Positions 41,950-55,866 of a stretch of 64,000 bases of DNA are shown one piece after another. The notes under the pieces were generated by a model. The model had not been told where the DNA came from and did not search any database. It was given only the letters and a program-made list of their open reading frames with translations. Source of the stretch: Pecten maximus (Eukaryota); NCBI RefSeq assembly GCF_902652985.1, contig NC_047019.1:29450001-29514000 (forward strand). The letters run 5' to 3'. Position 1 is the stretch's first letter; the number at the start of each line of letters is the position of its first letter. Both the position numbers and the translations under genes were made by a program.

Positions 41950-42381
41950 TTATTCTGTGGTCATTGCCGATGCGCTCGTCCCCTCTGCGGTGTTCGCCGC
42001 ATCCATGGAGTTGCCTGAGGAATTAAGATTGAGATCGTCTTGTTCTTTATTATCATTTGCCTGAACTTGAACCTTATTCGGTTCATCATTAGTGTCAGTC
42101 TTAACAATTTTGTCGGCGGTATCATCATGATGATCTATCTGATCTTTGGCCAGACCACTTTCTTCCTCTTTTTTCGCATCACTTTCCAAGAACTTCTCCC
42201 ACTTGGACAACCGTTCCTCTCTCTCTGCTTCCGACTCTTCGATTTCAAACTTGGTTCGTCCGTCCCAATTCTGTGCCATGACACGCCTCTTTGAGAACCA
42301 TCTGTGGTGAAGAGCAGCTATACAACCATCAGCCGCTTCTGCAGTCTTGAAATAAACCATCATCACACCGTCGGGGTGGTT
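41950..42381 (-). CDS. HTATSF1: HTATSF1 terminal coding exon 7 (UHM end with RWF motif, acidic tail)
   Basis: NHPDGVMMVYFKTAEAADGCIAALHHRWFSKRRVMAQNWDGRTKFEIEESEAEREERLSKWEKFLE. Contains the UHM R-X-F motif; ends at TAA. The seven exons sum to 1554 nt = 517 aa + stop. Confidence 0.96.
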   Translation of the reverse strand, partial: NHPDGVMMVYFKTAEAADGCIAALHHRWFSKRRVMAQNWDGRTKFEIEESEAEREERLSKWEKFLESDAKKEEESGLAKDQIDHHDDTADKIVKTDTNDEPNKVQVQANDNKEQDDLNLNSSGNSMDAANTAEGTSASAMTTE

Positions 42382-43011
42382 CTGAAATGACCAAATGAAA
42401 TATTTCATTGATATTCAAATAAACATTACATTTGGAATGGTTAAATGTGCTACAACGCCGACAAAGAATTTTCATGATCGAATCTTGTTACAATATACAG
42501 TACCAACAGTTAAAAGTTTAGCTCTGTAACCACTCTCCAAAAAGGGTGAGGTTCTCTTTTTATCTTAAATAAGTGAATAAGTAACTAATCGCATATCGAC
42601 AAACTGTTTCCGTGTCCAGACTCTCTATATTCCGCAAGTACCACCCAGTTATACATGCGGTCATTTTTGTGAATTAAATATATTTCTATACCATGGGTTC
42701 CATTCAAATCATTTCGGGACAAACAGCGTTTACGTTGTCAGGGATGTTACATCTTCCGGTGTCTAACATGTATCCTTCGGTTAAAACAAAATATACGGTT
42801 GACCAATGGATTGACCTATATATACAATATACATGTACATGTCTAGTTATTTGAATGTGTAATCACTGTTATGAAGTTCATTGTTAATTTAGCACATGTT
42901 AAATCACACTCTCTGGAGACGGCATCGACTGTAGGCTTCCACTGTTTCAATTGTGACGCCATGGCTTCATGATGGCGCATTGTTACATCACCAACGAAAG
43001 AGGTATGTAGT

Positions 43012-43169
43012 AAAAATATCGTCATGTTAGGTTGTTTTCAGTCCGAGAAAGGCTGTTTTTCAAATGCTTTGCAAAATATCTCTCCGAATATATAGCTAAA
43101 ATATCGTCAAGTCAGATTGTTTTCCGTCAGAGAAAAGATAGTTTTTCAAATGCTGTTCAACATATCTCT
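43012..43169 (+). repeat. Diverged ~84-bp tandem duplication in HTATSF1 intron 6
   Basis: AAAATATCGTCA....TTGTTTTC.GTC.GAGAAA.G...GTTTTTCAAATGCT....AA.ATATCTCT x2. Confidence 0.8.
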
Positions 43170-43331
43170 GCAATTAAAGCAATATGACATTTGTATATTC
43201 TAAACAATAGCTTCACAAATCTCATATGCAATTAAAACGTACTATTTACTAGCATCTGTGGAATCGAAGCTTGTTAATATATGATAAGAATGAGAGGAAT
43301 ACAACTGCATTCAACTGTTTTAAAAACTTAC

Positions 43332-43421
43332 GTCGAACATCTTAACATTTTTCACTTCTCCATATCTGCTACATTCATCTCTGACATCGTCTCTGAGATC
43401 ATTAATCAATGTAGGCTCCTC
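43332..43421 (-). CDS. HTATSF1: HTATSF1 coding exon 6 (UHM middle)
   Basis: EEPTLINDLRDDVRDECSRYGEVKNVKMFD (UHM acidic helix, EC.KFG.V-like). CTGCAG acceptor, GAC|GTAAGT donor, 90 nt, phase 0/0. Confidence 0.94.
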
Positions 43422-46400
43422 CTGCAGAGAGAGAACGACAACGTAACATTAATTCAATGTCGAACAAATTGTATGAAAGTAGCACATTAAAAAAACAACA
43501 ACATCGTTATGATTATATTTATCTATGTATCAACTTAATAAAATTAATCAAATCTTTAATAACATAGTTTCCAAATTGATAGACTGTGAATTAGTTTTGA
43601 TTGTTCCCAGTTTTCTCTAAAATGTCTATCAGGATTTAAAAAGGAAGAAGAAGAAAAAAACTCTTAATGTAGACCTGCATGGTACGAAAGGACTTGATAC
43701 TGATATAAATTCAGGAGATGTATTAATTCCGTGATATAGTCAACATGACAAATGTAGGCATAGGATAGTTAGAAGAATATAAAATAAGTTCGTATATTTA
43801 TAACAAGTCCAAATATTCGTACGGATTTAATCGTACCAGGAAAGTTAAAAGTAAATTGAAAATAATACATCCTGGTAGGAAAATATAAATATCCCACAAA
43901 TTATTCTATCTGAGACCGACAACTGGTGAGGTTACAGATATCCTGACAGAGATATAGAAAGACCTATATCGTATTCATGTTCTCTAGTAAATAGTTACCA
44001 TTCCCCACTCCCCAGATGTACATTCCACGTACCCCGGGAATACGGCACGTATAACTAATAGTAGTAGCATAGCATGTATGTACGGGTTAGAATGATCTGA
44101 GGGAAGGGAACGTCACATTTGTTACGGAGTTACTCGGGGTATTCCGAGATTTGTGACCTTTATTATATCTGGGTATGATTTATATGTGCAGTCATGAATT
44201 AACTGGTCTTCTTAGTATTCCAAAAAGCATGAAATATGTCATAACTTGTAACTGAATATCTTACCGGTAGAACAGAAGCGTTTACCAAAAACTAGCATAA
44301 TAAATAAATAATAACAAGAGGAGGAACCGCGACTGTGACAATAGCAATGTGGCAGTTCATGTCGTCGCTCTAGTACATGTGAAAATACAAACATAAAGCA
44401 ATACCCTCTACACGTAGTTTATGTCGTTTATTTATGTGAAATGTGTTTCATTAATCAAAGTCAACCTAGGTTGTATATATGTAAACATAGGACACAGGTA
44501 TGTGCCGCCGTCGACATGATTAGTACACCACACACGTATGAGAAAAACAAAAATATGAGAATGGGCCACAAATACAAAGGCGTGTGTGACGTTGATGATG
44601 AAATTTCACTTAAAAAAGAAGTAATACCGAAGTGTAAACAAACTCGAAATTCTACCTCAAAATCGATGAAACAAGACAAAACAAACAACCGGAGATTCAA
44701 AACAGACATCCTTGAAAAAATATAAATAGTGGCAGGTGTTCCGCAAGAGTTAGCGTTTTCTGATTCCTCAACAACACCGGAATATAAATCTAGGTGACAT
44801 CAAAGTAACATTCATATCACGAGATACAACACCAGACAGACATACAATAGAATATCCAGGTATACGAAAGAGCATCGAACACCTCGACCTTAATATCAAA
44901 CAACAAAAAAGGAACATTTCTTAATGAGGCCAGAAATCGACCATAAATCATCATCATGATCTTCCTCAACCTGTGTCGTCACTCGAAACAATGTTACACG
45001 TTTTATCAGTCAGCAATAAACATCTATTATGGAATTCGTCGTATTGAAAACAAATAGATGACATGCAGTATATATAGATTCAACACAAAAAGTTTAATAT
45101 TCACTTTTTCGCTAAAGGTTGTATTAGCGTATAGTTCTTCAACCTTTACCACAAGTTTCTGATATATAACCATCACTGTACTATACAACGGTAAAGCGCA
45201 AATGTGAAACATGTAGAATTATATGATACAAAATGGGTGTGTTCACATGTACTATTATCACCAATATTCAGAACCATTGTTTGAGGTACTCATTTTGTTG
45301 GGATGATTTATAGCTACAAATGCATGTTTTATGGGTCTACATATACATGCAAACAAAAGGATATCACGAATTGTTGCATTTCTACTTATCACTCAAACCA
45401 AAAAAACCAATAGAATGTAATAAAATATCTATGAACACAACACTTAAAACGACTGCTTTTCTTGTGGAGCAACATATCGCAATGGGTTTTAGATAAGAAG
45501 CAGACATTTGCCGTTTATGTATTTCAGTAACAGATGAAATCGTACGACTGGAATACCTATTAATATATACAATAAAACCCAGTTTTGTTTGATTCTGTTT
45601 GCGACACAACCCATCACTTAGCCTCCCGCTGCTTACCGTTCTTCCATAAAACCAAACATCGCATGCTTGTGCGGACTTGTATTCACTTACACGTCCTATG
45701 AAGCCAATTACAATTCTATCACGGCAAATTCCTTCACGTGAGTCTACATATCAATTTGCTAACAACCTCATGCGCATTCAGATGTGAAATGGACGCATTA
45801 ATGTTTTAGGGGACACCAAAAATGCGAAAAGCTTGCGCAGCACTATGCCCCTGTTGGGATGGAAATGACAAAATTCCAGCATGCAAAATACCACGGCCAT
45901 TTTGCGACATCTTTCTTACATAAATCAAATAATTGAATTACCTTCTCCCAGTATTGTGTAATTTGTTTTTTGAAATCGGACCCTTGGTAGCATTTGTCTT
46001 GGAGCAGACGACACGTGTAGCTCCCCGACCTGACAGCCTCGTGCAGATGGCATGCATACCTGGGATTACAAGCGCGAGCAATAATGGTTTTTTGACGGAA
46101 CCCGATCCTGCCAATTATTGTGGATATTACATCTAGCCTCTTTTCCATTCATACATAATGGCTGACTTTTAACCAATTTTCTTACAGTTTGCTCACGGAA
46201 ATATTTTCCTTGACAGCGACATATCTTTCTCGACCTGTTCTCCAACTGGATCCCGGTTTTGAAGTCTGTTCTCCATGTGCAGTTGTGTCGAAAATCGGAT
46301 TTATTTTCTAACCCAACAGTTAATTACTTCAATTACTATTAACGTCCATTAAAGCAGCATTCTTGGTTATAATGAAGTTGCATAAAAAGAGCACTGTCCC

Positions 46401-46459
46401 TTCGCATTACACGTGTTTGCGTCTTTGTACATGCCGAGTTGCACCTAATGTTTGTCTTT

Positions 46460-46697
46460 TACGCGTCTGTTGTACCTGCTGTTTGTGTGTATGTCAAGTT
46501 CTACCTCATGTTTGTGCCATGTGAAAGTCGTGTTCCACCTGATGTTTTTATCTTATGAATGTCGTGTTTCAACTGATGTTTTTATCTCGTGTATGTCGTG
46601 TTCCACCTGCTGTTTTTGTTTTGTTTATGACGTGTTCGACCTGATGTTTTCTGTCTTGTGTATGTCGTGTTCCACCTGATGTTTTTGTCTTGTGTAT
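46460..46697 (+). repeat. ~33-bp degenerate minisatellite
   Basis: TGTATGTCGTGTTCCACCTGATGTTTTTGTCTTG-like units, ~6-7 copies. Confidence 0.8.
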
Positions 46698-47269
46698 GCA
46701 TATAAATGTTTTTGATTAATTCGATATGGTATATCATTTTATCCAGTATCTAACAATATTTACAGTTACCCTCATACCGGAAGAGATTCACATTGAAAAA
46801 ATAAATTATATGTCAAACATTAATTAGCAATTAAAAGGACCTGTAATTTATTCAGTTCAAAGCGTTTTCAAATACCAACCCACTAATTATAATGCATCAG
46901 TAAAACATTTTCAATGAGATTATATTATCCGAAGTAATGGTTTGATATTGGAAATATATAAATATAATATAGGGAAGGGGAAGAGAATGTACCAGGCATT
47001 ATTGTCAAATATAAGGTCATATCAAATAATATTAGAAAAAAAAGAAAGTGAATTTAAGATAAATTATATACCAAATAAATAACCCCATTTCAAACACGAG
47101 AAAATAATTTTATATTGTATATCACATTAGTAAATATATACCAAATTGATAACCGAACGGTATATAAATTACTATACACTGTGTCGGATATCATAAACAG
47201 ACTAATGTTCTTATATTCTATTTCAGTTAAGTAAAATTATGAAACTCAATAGCATACACAAAATAAATA

Positions 47270-47730
47270 GCCATATATTGTATACCAGATAAATGACTCA
47301 ATACATCAAACCAGATAACCCTATATTGTATACGAGATTAATGGCTCGATATTTTAAACCAGAAAAAAAATCATATATTGTATACCAATTAAAATGACTC
47401 AATATTACAAACCAGAAAAATAACCTTTTATTGTATACCATATAAATGACTCAATATTTTAAACCAGTAAAATATCCGAAGATATTGTACACAAGATAAA
47501 TGGCTCAATATTATAAATAAAACAGATAACTCTACATTGTATACAAGATAAATGGCTCAATAATATATATACCAGACAAATAACCCTATATTGTATACCG
47601 ATTCAAATGTATACCAGATAAATGACTCCGTATTATAAAGCAGACATATATTGTATACCAGATACCTGGTAAGTTACCCAATATTATAACAAATAGTCCT
47701 ATATTGTTTATCAATTACGTGATTCAATGT
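47270..47730 (+). repeat. Degenerate ~50-60-bp repeat
   Basis: ATATTGTATACCAGATAAATG(A/G)CTCAATATT..AAACCAGA, ~7-8 copies. Confidence 0.75.
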
Positions 47731-50700
47731 TATATTCCATCAAATAACCAAAATATTATATTAGATAACTATCAATACCAATGGCTATAAAGTTACATGT
47801 AATATAACTGCTATTTTGTATGTTGGTATTTTCCCCGCTAACACACACATAAGTTTTGAAACCTTTCATCCTTCATGACTCTCAGAAATGGACATTAAAA
47901 TTTCACGTGTTTACAGCCAAGGGCCTCCCTTTACGACAAAGCCAATAACTTATACTAACCACAGACATAGGACCACCTTTCACAATTTTATGTCACTTTA
48001 TTTCTGTAATTAAGAAATACACATTAAACTAAATAACAAAATAAGCACATTTCATGGTGCAATTTCAAAATCATTTGCACATAGAAGTTAATTCGATACA
48101 CCCAGGAATTTTCTCATTTCTGAAAAAACTGTAACTTCCCAATCCAAATTGGACAACTTTTCCGTGTCATTTTCACGATGCCGTATCGTATCCACAATTA
48201 ATTCAAAACTTGCCATAGACATTTTTTACATATGACAAGTTACTTTGATGTGGGTAGGAGCCAAATTTACACAGTTACACAAGCGAAATTGTCTCCCAAT
48301 GGGGTCTAGGTAATTGTGGGGATGGCCACAGTAGTCAAGCGCCCTTCATCTCCTTAATTTACATCTGAGAAAAATCTAAATTTAATAACTCCCTTTCTGG
48401 GCTTTAGGTAATTGTTATTGGGTCCCTAAAACATACCCTAAGTAATATCAACGCTACAAATCTACACATATAGACAAATTATTCGCTTACAAACAGGACT
48501 GGTTTCATAGGTACAGGGGGTAATATCCTCAAGTAGTCTAATACAGTACTGGAATTAATTCACAACTTGGGGTTAAGTAGCGATACACAGTAAATAATCG
48601 TCCATTTAAATCTTACTTGTGATGTCTCATTAAACATAAGCCCAGTTACAAGTAACCCCCACAGATCTCGCTATCCTTACTTTTTCTTTTTCTCTGCGGC
48701 CAGATTAAACATCTAACTTCACCTCCACGGTAAGAAATCTACCTAGAGCTTATGTGCAGTTAATAATTACATTTCGGGACAAGATATAGTGCAAACTCTG
48801 TTTTTCCCACACTAAAATTAGACTTACAACTGTTCCGAACCAGCTTTGGAATGATTAATTAGTTTTTAATGTTCCCAGAAAAACAAAATATGTGCCATTC
48901 AGAGTAGATTTCAGTAAAATAAAAATGCTTATCCTACACGTTACTAACTACTCTGTAAGTCGGTTGCCTCATAATTGATTACAAAACTACACTGGGCAAA
49001 TCCGCTGAACATTTAAACAATTTATATAATAACAAATCTGAACATTAATTTGGATATCATTCTATCTCATTATTTTTATTATAATTAAACATGATTTTTT
49101 TCTGACAATTTTTTAGGAGAAATATTCTTCAGATGATATAAACACATGCCTTATTAAATTAAATACATTTTACAGTAATACCTCATCTAAAACACTGCTT
49201 AACTAGTAAATTGTTGCACGTACATTGATTTGGCAAGAAATATGATGACTGTTTTTTTCAACACAAAAATAATTTTACAATAAACAGCAAAGATTTCTGC
49301 AAAATTTGAAATAATTGTATTTGAAATAGGAATTTCTAATTAAATACATCTTATATGCGGTTAGACCCGACGAAACCGTACCAGTGTACGGTTTGACGTT
49401 AGACATACGTTGTTAGTTAAAAAAATGACATTGTTAGAAACAACGATAAACAAACTGAGTGTATCATATATATATATGACGTGGGGATATGTTTGTTTAA
49501 TTCTAGTTTAACATTCATTATTCCGTACATAATGTATACATTTTTGAGAGTGTTTTGTAAAATTGATTTCGAGCTACATTGTAATATTGTCTTCGCTTAT
49601 TATCAATTTTAAAAGAATAGATTTTTCATCACCTCAGAAAATAAGTGCTTTCATTTTCATATGAAGTCATTTCGTGTAAAGTAATTTTAAAAATTTAAGT
49701 CATTAATTAGAATAAACATTAGAATGGTTAAACACGTTAAAAATAGCACCTCCAATCTGCAAAACTAAAATTCACACCAAAAGATAAAACTTCCTTAGGT
49801 GCCAAATTCTATTACATATAAATACAAAATTTTCTGGACAAATCTGGAAACAATGTTTTACGATATATATATTAAATTTAACATATTTAATTATAATTTA
49901 TTTTATTTCCTCGTTAAACAGGTATTTCATGTACAGCAAAGTCGTTACTGTAAAAATACCATTTAGCCATTGGATTTTGTCATTGTTCGTGAATGGTTAG
50001 TCAGTACTACAGACCAATATATATAGACAACAGGAATGCGGACAGGCAAACTGTTTTGGTTGAATGTGAAACATTATACAAAGATGTTTACTAACTAACT
50101 GTGAAACCATGTAAATGATATGGTTGTTACTGTCCGAGAAAGCGAGACGAATTGGGGAGTAGTTCGGACGGTGACAGTTTCTTTATCGCAGATTCTCTAC
50201 AGCAGGGTAGGGGTTCTCAATGAAGCAAACTAAATATCATATGACCAACTATCAACAAAACAACACCACACAAAATATCATCAACCCCTTCCCGTGAAAG
50301 AAACAAACTCACATACTCAAATACCAGCCATCAGATCAGTTAAAACCTCAGAAACACTTAATAGCTTATTCTAAATCTAATAAAAAAATTAAAAACAGAT
50401 TCAAACTAAGTATGTAGAACTCTTGGACTCGGACATTCCTTTCAAATTGGGAAAGGAATTAATATAAACTTGCTTAAGCTTGTTTTCTATTTCTAAATTA
50501 TAAAAATGTATGTATATTTGAATTTTGAATAAAAATATTGTTAAACTAATAAGGCATTGCAAAGTAATATAGCTATATGGTAGCGCATTGATACATGTAG
50601 CTACTCCGGGATCCTATAACTAGTAAGTCCTATACCTACACCAAACACGTGTTTACCGTTAATATCTTATGCCGTACAGTCAGGAACTGAGTTGTGCTAT

Positions 50701-53029
50701 TCAAATGGGAAGTGAACATGAGTTTAGTAAGTCTACATACTACGGAGACAGGTATTGCTCCGATGTCAGAGAATGCTCGCGTCATACACGGTGTTCCCGT
50801 AATGACTTGAAGTCTACTACCAACTTACCAAGCCATTGTGCAGGTGGTGGCGTAACACACGTACTAGTTCATATTATTACATAAAATTAACATAATATCT
50901 GTTGCATAGGCAGGTGTTATGTCCTTGACCAGATGCTAAATCCCATGTCAACCCTACAAATATTCCCATCAATACCCGCACCATTGAATATTTAACGCCT
51001 TGTTCTCATACCGATAGCAACGTTTATAACAGCAGGTCTTACTGACACTAGTTAAATGTCATTGTTCCCCACATCAACCAAGATTTAGCACCAAAATACG
51101 TATCTGTTTCAATTAATCATTTTCTGGCTAAAATCCCATGTGATGATAAACACCCTGGTGTTTTGCATATGTCCACATAAAATAAAATAAATAAATATGG
51201 ATCGGGATCACTTAAACAACGAATCACACGACGTGACAAGCGTCTAACGAAAATATCACGAATCGTATCGCCAGTCAGGGCGCGGGATCTCTGGTCTAGA
51301 GGAGGAGGGACATGGGAATCGAAGTTACTTTAGGTGAATTTGGACCTATCACGATGTTTTAAAGCGATTGTTAGGCGTTATGGTAAGATCAAAATTTCCT
51401 ATTTCAGTTTAGGAACTACCTGAATTAAATGAATTTTAGAACAGATGTCAGAACTTTCAGATCTGTTTTATGGATCCCGCCCCCATTTTTCGTGATATTC
51501 TTCAGATAACGATAATAATGTTATCTGATGGCATACATGGGTTTTTCTTGAGAAGGAAAGAAACAATGTGCTACCTGTATTATTTTACCGTTTTTACATA
51601 ACTGGTATAAAGTCTTTGGGCATAAAGAAGACTTTATGACGATTGACTGGAATTTTTATAAGAATGTCGCTCGCAAGCTTATTATCAAAGTAATCAAAAT
51701 TCGTGATAATATCAACGACGGTCGTCTATTTCCTCGATCTATTTGGTGTTACTGATCTCCAATATCATATCCCCCATTTTCAAGTGTTTGCTTGGAAATT
51801 TAAATCTCGGCCGAGTCCCCAAACCTCGTCTCTGTGGTGAAGCCGTATCATGTGGGAGGTAGGTAATTTGATCAACACACCAATAGACAAGTTTTGGGTG
51901 TATTCATTTCAAGATGTTTTCCTTAGATGTAAACCAGGTACTTGACAAGGTTAGTTTGTCACCGCTAACGGTGCTGATGAGATGCCACTTGAAACAAGTA
52001 GCCTCCCTTGGTGTAGAAATTCCAAGCTGTTCAGGGAGGTGCAATTGATATGGGAAACTGCATATCTATAATGTCATTGGACAATATCAAAACCATTCCG
52101 CATTCTTAGTTTTTCAAACGACTGACTTTTGCTTTGTTTATGTTTAGACCACATACCACACTTCTTTATAATATTGAACGCAACTGGCCACTTTTATGGG
52201 AACTGAATTCAGTATATAACACCGAGTGTGCCTTATTTTTATTTAGTAGCATTCCAGTAAGAAGGTTGTTTGATCTTTGTAATTAGGTGGTCAGAATTAT
52301 ACTGTGTGTACGTATACTAGTACAGCTATGCTAAAACGAATAATTAGTACGAATATTAATATAGGTACTTACAGCTACATCGTTATATGTATGTATATAT
52401 ATAAATTTGAGGTAGATAAAGAATTAATGATATCAAAAACATAAAGAAAAAATGTTCGAAAGCTTTAGTACACAGGAAAGTTGATCCAAATGATATATGC
52501 TGGTTTGAATTTTCTGTTGAATTTACTAGAACATTCTAATTCAGAAGAGACTCGATATTCAAACTAAGAATAAGGATAACCACTTCCATCAGATTTATTT
52601 CTGTATATAATCGGTATAAGTGATTTGGAGAGAAAATATCAGTATTTAATCGTTATTTATCCAGATACACCTAAAAAGTTCCGCCCTAGGATAACATGAA
52701 TATTAAAAACTATCTTATTGGTTTATCATCTCTAACGTAGAAATAAAGCATTAAATCTTGTGGTTATAAAGACTAGCCTATCAAAAACCTCTTAGTAAGG
52801 TTTTCAGCCAAACTATATAAACTGTCATTGTTTTCAGTATGACGTGATATCCCCATTAATTCTTGCACCGATCACGAGTCGCTCATTTAATTTTCTATGC
52901 TGTTTCACATGTGAAGAAAACATTTATGATTTCAGTCTGCCCACTTCATATTCTTGTTATTTCGGGAAATGGCGACACTTTTGTTGTTTTGGGTTTTTTC
53001 TTTTGAATCAACGTTAAGCTTGAACTCCA

Positions 53030-53146
53030 ATGTCTTTTGTACAGTCCTTTGTCCTTGTGTGTGGAGGATGTCATACAGTTGTCTGTTGTATAGTCCTTTG
53101 TCCCTGTGTGTGGAGGATGTCATACAGTTGTTTTTGTACAGTCCTT

Positions 53147-53181
<35 letters not shown>

Positions 53182-53682
53182 AGGATGTCATACAGTTGTC
53201 TTTTGTACAGTCCTTTGTCCTTGTGTGTGGAGGATGTCATACAGCTCTTTTGTACAGTCCTTTGTCTGTGTGTGTGGAGGATGTCATACAGTTGTCTTTT
53301 GTACAGTCCTTTGTCTGTGTGTGGGGGATGTCATACAGTTGTCTTTTGTACAGTCCTTTGTCATTGTGTGTGGAGGATGTCATACAGTTGTCTTTTGTAC
53401 AGTCCTTTGTCATTGTGTGTGGAGGATGTCATACAGTTGTCTTTTGTACAGTCCTTTGTCATTGTGTGTGGAGGATGTCATACAGTTGTCTTTTGTACAG
53501 TCCTTTGTCTGTGTGTGGAGGATGTCATACAGTTGTCTTTTGTACAGTCCTTTGTCCCTGTGTGTGGAGGATGTCATACAGCTCTTTTGTACAGTCCTTT
53601 GTCTGTGTGTGTGGAGGATCTCATACAGTTGTCTTTTGTAAGTTCCTTTGTCCTTTTGTGCGGAGGATGTCATACAGCTGTC
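53030..53682 (+). repeat. 49-bp minisatellite (~13 copies) with embedded (TG)n at ~53151-53179
   Basis: Unit GTCTTTTGTACAGTCCTTTGTCATTGTGTGTGGAGGATGTCATACAGTT. Confidence 0.96.
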
Positions 53683-54291
53683 TCCTATTTCATGTTATTT
53701 CGTGTTACATTTCTAAACATATTTGTTATAAAAATGTCACATTGATATTAACAGATTTTCTAGAGCACATATTGTGAATATCTTTGGACAGGTCTATTTC
53801 GGTGCCGATCTCAGGAATTGATACACCAGGTGAACCTGTGTTCACAACGTATTGAACATGACATCAATGGTGGCTCATGGTGGAGGGAGTTGTAAAGGAT
53901 ACACATCACAGGTAATATATCCCAACAAAAGTAAGGCATACTCGACATAGTTTCTAGATAGCTTTGTACACAATCAGTATATCACACTGATTTTAAGTAT
54001 ATAGTAGCCTCATTGTCAAGTAAGGGACAATTATCTTGATAACCTGTATCAACAACATTTACTGATCCCAATGGTGAACTTTCACTGTCAATTTTCCCAT
54101 ATTATTTTTATCACATCACTGATAATTGATAGACCAGTTATGACAACAAACACATCTTAGGATTACAGAAGTGTAGTGAACAGGTAGTGTGTATAAAGAA
54201 GAAAAGGTGAAAACGTTTACACTGTAATCTGTACAGACAAGAAAATACAAAAATCTGTGAAAATAATCAGCAAGTCATTACTTAACCTCTT

Positions 54292-55866
54292 CACAAGTCA
54301 TGAGTGTCTATCTCTACACAAGTCATCAGTGTCTACCTCTACACAAGTCATCAGTGTCTACCTCTACACAAGTCATCAGTGTCTACCTCTACACAAGTCA
54401 TCAGTGTCTACCTCTACATAAGTCATCAGTGTCTACCTCTACACAAGTCATCAGTGTCTACCTCTACAGAAGTCATCAGTGTCTACATCTACACAAGTCG
54501 TCAGTGTCTACCTCTACACAAGTCGTCAGTGTCTACCTCTACACAAGTCGTCAGTGTCTACCTCTACACAAGTCGTCAGTGTCTACCTCTACACAAGTCG
54601 TCAGTTTCTACCTCTACACAAGTCGTCAGTGTCTACCTCTACACAAGTCATCAGTGTCTACCTCTACACAAACCGTCAGTGTCTACCTCTACACAAGTCA
54701 TCAGTGTCTACCTCTACACAAGTCATCAGTGTCTAACTCTACACAAGTCGTCAGTGTCTACCTCTACACAAGTCATCAGTGTCTACCTCTACACAAGTCA
54801 TCAGTGTCTATCTCTACACAAGTCATCAGTGTCTACCTCCACACAAGTCGTCAGTGTCTACCTCTACACAAGTCATCAGTGTCTACCTCTACACAAGTCA
54901 TCAGTGTCTACCTCTACACAAGTCATCAGTGTCTACCTCTACACAAGTCATCAGTGTCTACCTCTACACAAGTCATCAGTGTCTACCTCTACACAAGTCA
55001 TCAGTGTCTACCTTTACACAAGTCGTCAGTGTCTACAGCTACACAAGTCGTCAGTGTCTACCTCTACACAAGTCGTCAGTGTCTACCTTTACACAAGTCG
55101 TCAGTGTCTACCTCTACACAAGTCATCAGTGTCTACCTCTACACAAGTCATCAGTGTCTACCTCTACACAAGTCGTCAGTGTCTACCTCTACACAAGTCG
55201 TCAGTGTCTACCTCTACACAAGTCATCAGTGTATATCTCTACACAAGTCATCAGTGTATATCTCTACACAAGTCATCAGTGTCTACTTCTACACAAGTCA
55301 TCAGTGTCTACTTCTACACAAGTAATCAGTGTCTACTTCTACACAAGTAATCAGTGTCTACCTCTACACAAGTCATCAGTGTCTACCTATACACAAGTCA
55401 TCAGTGTATATCTCTACACAAACCGTCAGTGTCTACCTCTACACAAGTCATCAGTGTATATCTCTACACAAGTCATCAGTGTCTACCTCTACACAAGTCA
55501 TCAGTGTCTACTTCTACACAAGTCGTCAGTGTCTACCTCTACACAAGTCGTCAGTGTCTACCTCTACACAAGTCATCAGTGTCTACCTCTACACAAGTCA
55601 TCAGTGTATATCTCTACACAAGTCATCAGTGTCTACCTCTACACAAGTCATCAGTGTCTACCTCTACACAAGTCATCAGTGTCTACCTCTACACAAGTCG
55701 ACAGTGTCTACCTCTACACAAGTCATCAGTCTCTACCTCTACACAAGTCATCAGTGTCTACCTCTACACAAGTCATCAGTGTCTACCTCTACACAAGTCA
55801 TCAGTGTCTACCTCTACAAAAGTCATCAGTGTCTACCTCTAGACAAGTGATCAGTATCTACCTCTA
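54292..55866 (+). repeat. 25-bp satellite, ~63 copies
   Basis: Unit ACAAGTC(A/G)TCAGTGTCTACCTCTAC. Confidence 0.99.

Noticed and set aside
44441-46679. Possible nested gene in the HTATSF1 giant intron
   Set aside because: The ORFs are short, overlap on both strands, and lack recognisable homology or linked splice sites.
52932-53777. Cys-rich ORFs (CGGCH, CVCVC) suggestive of metal-binding proteins
   Set aside because: Translation of a 49-bp minisatellite plus a (TG)n microsatellite; open in several frames.
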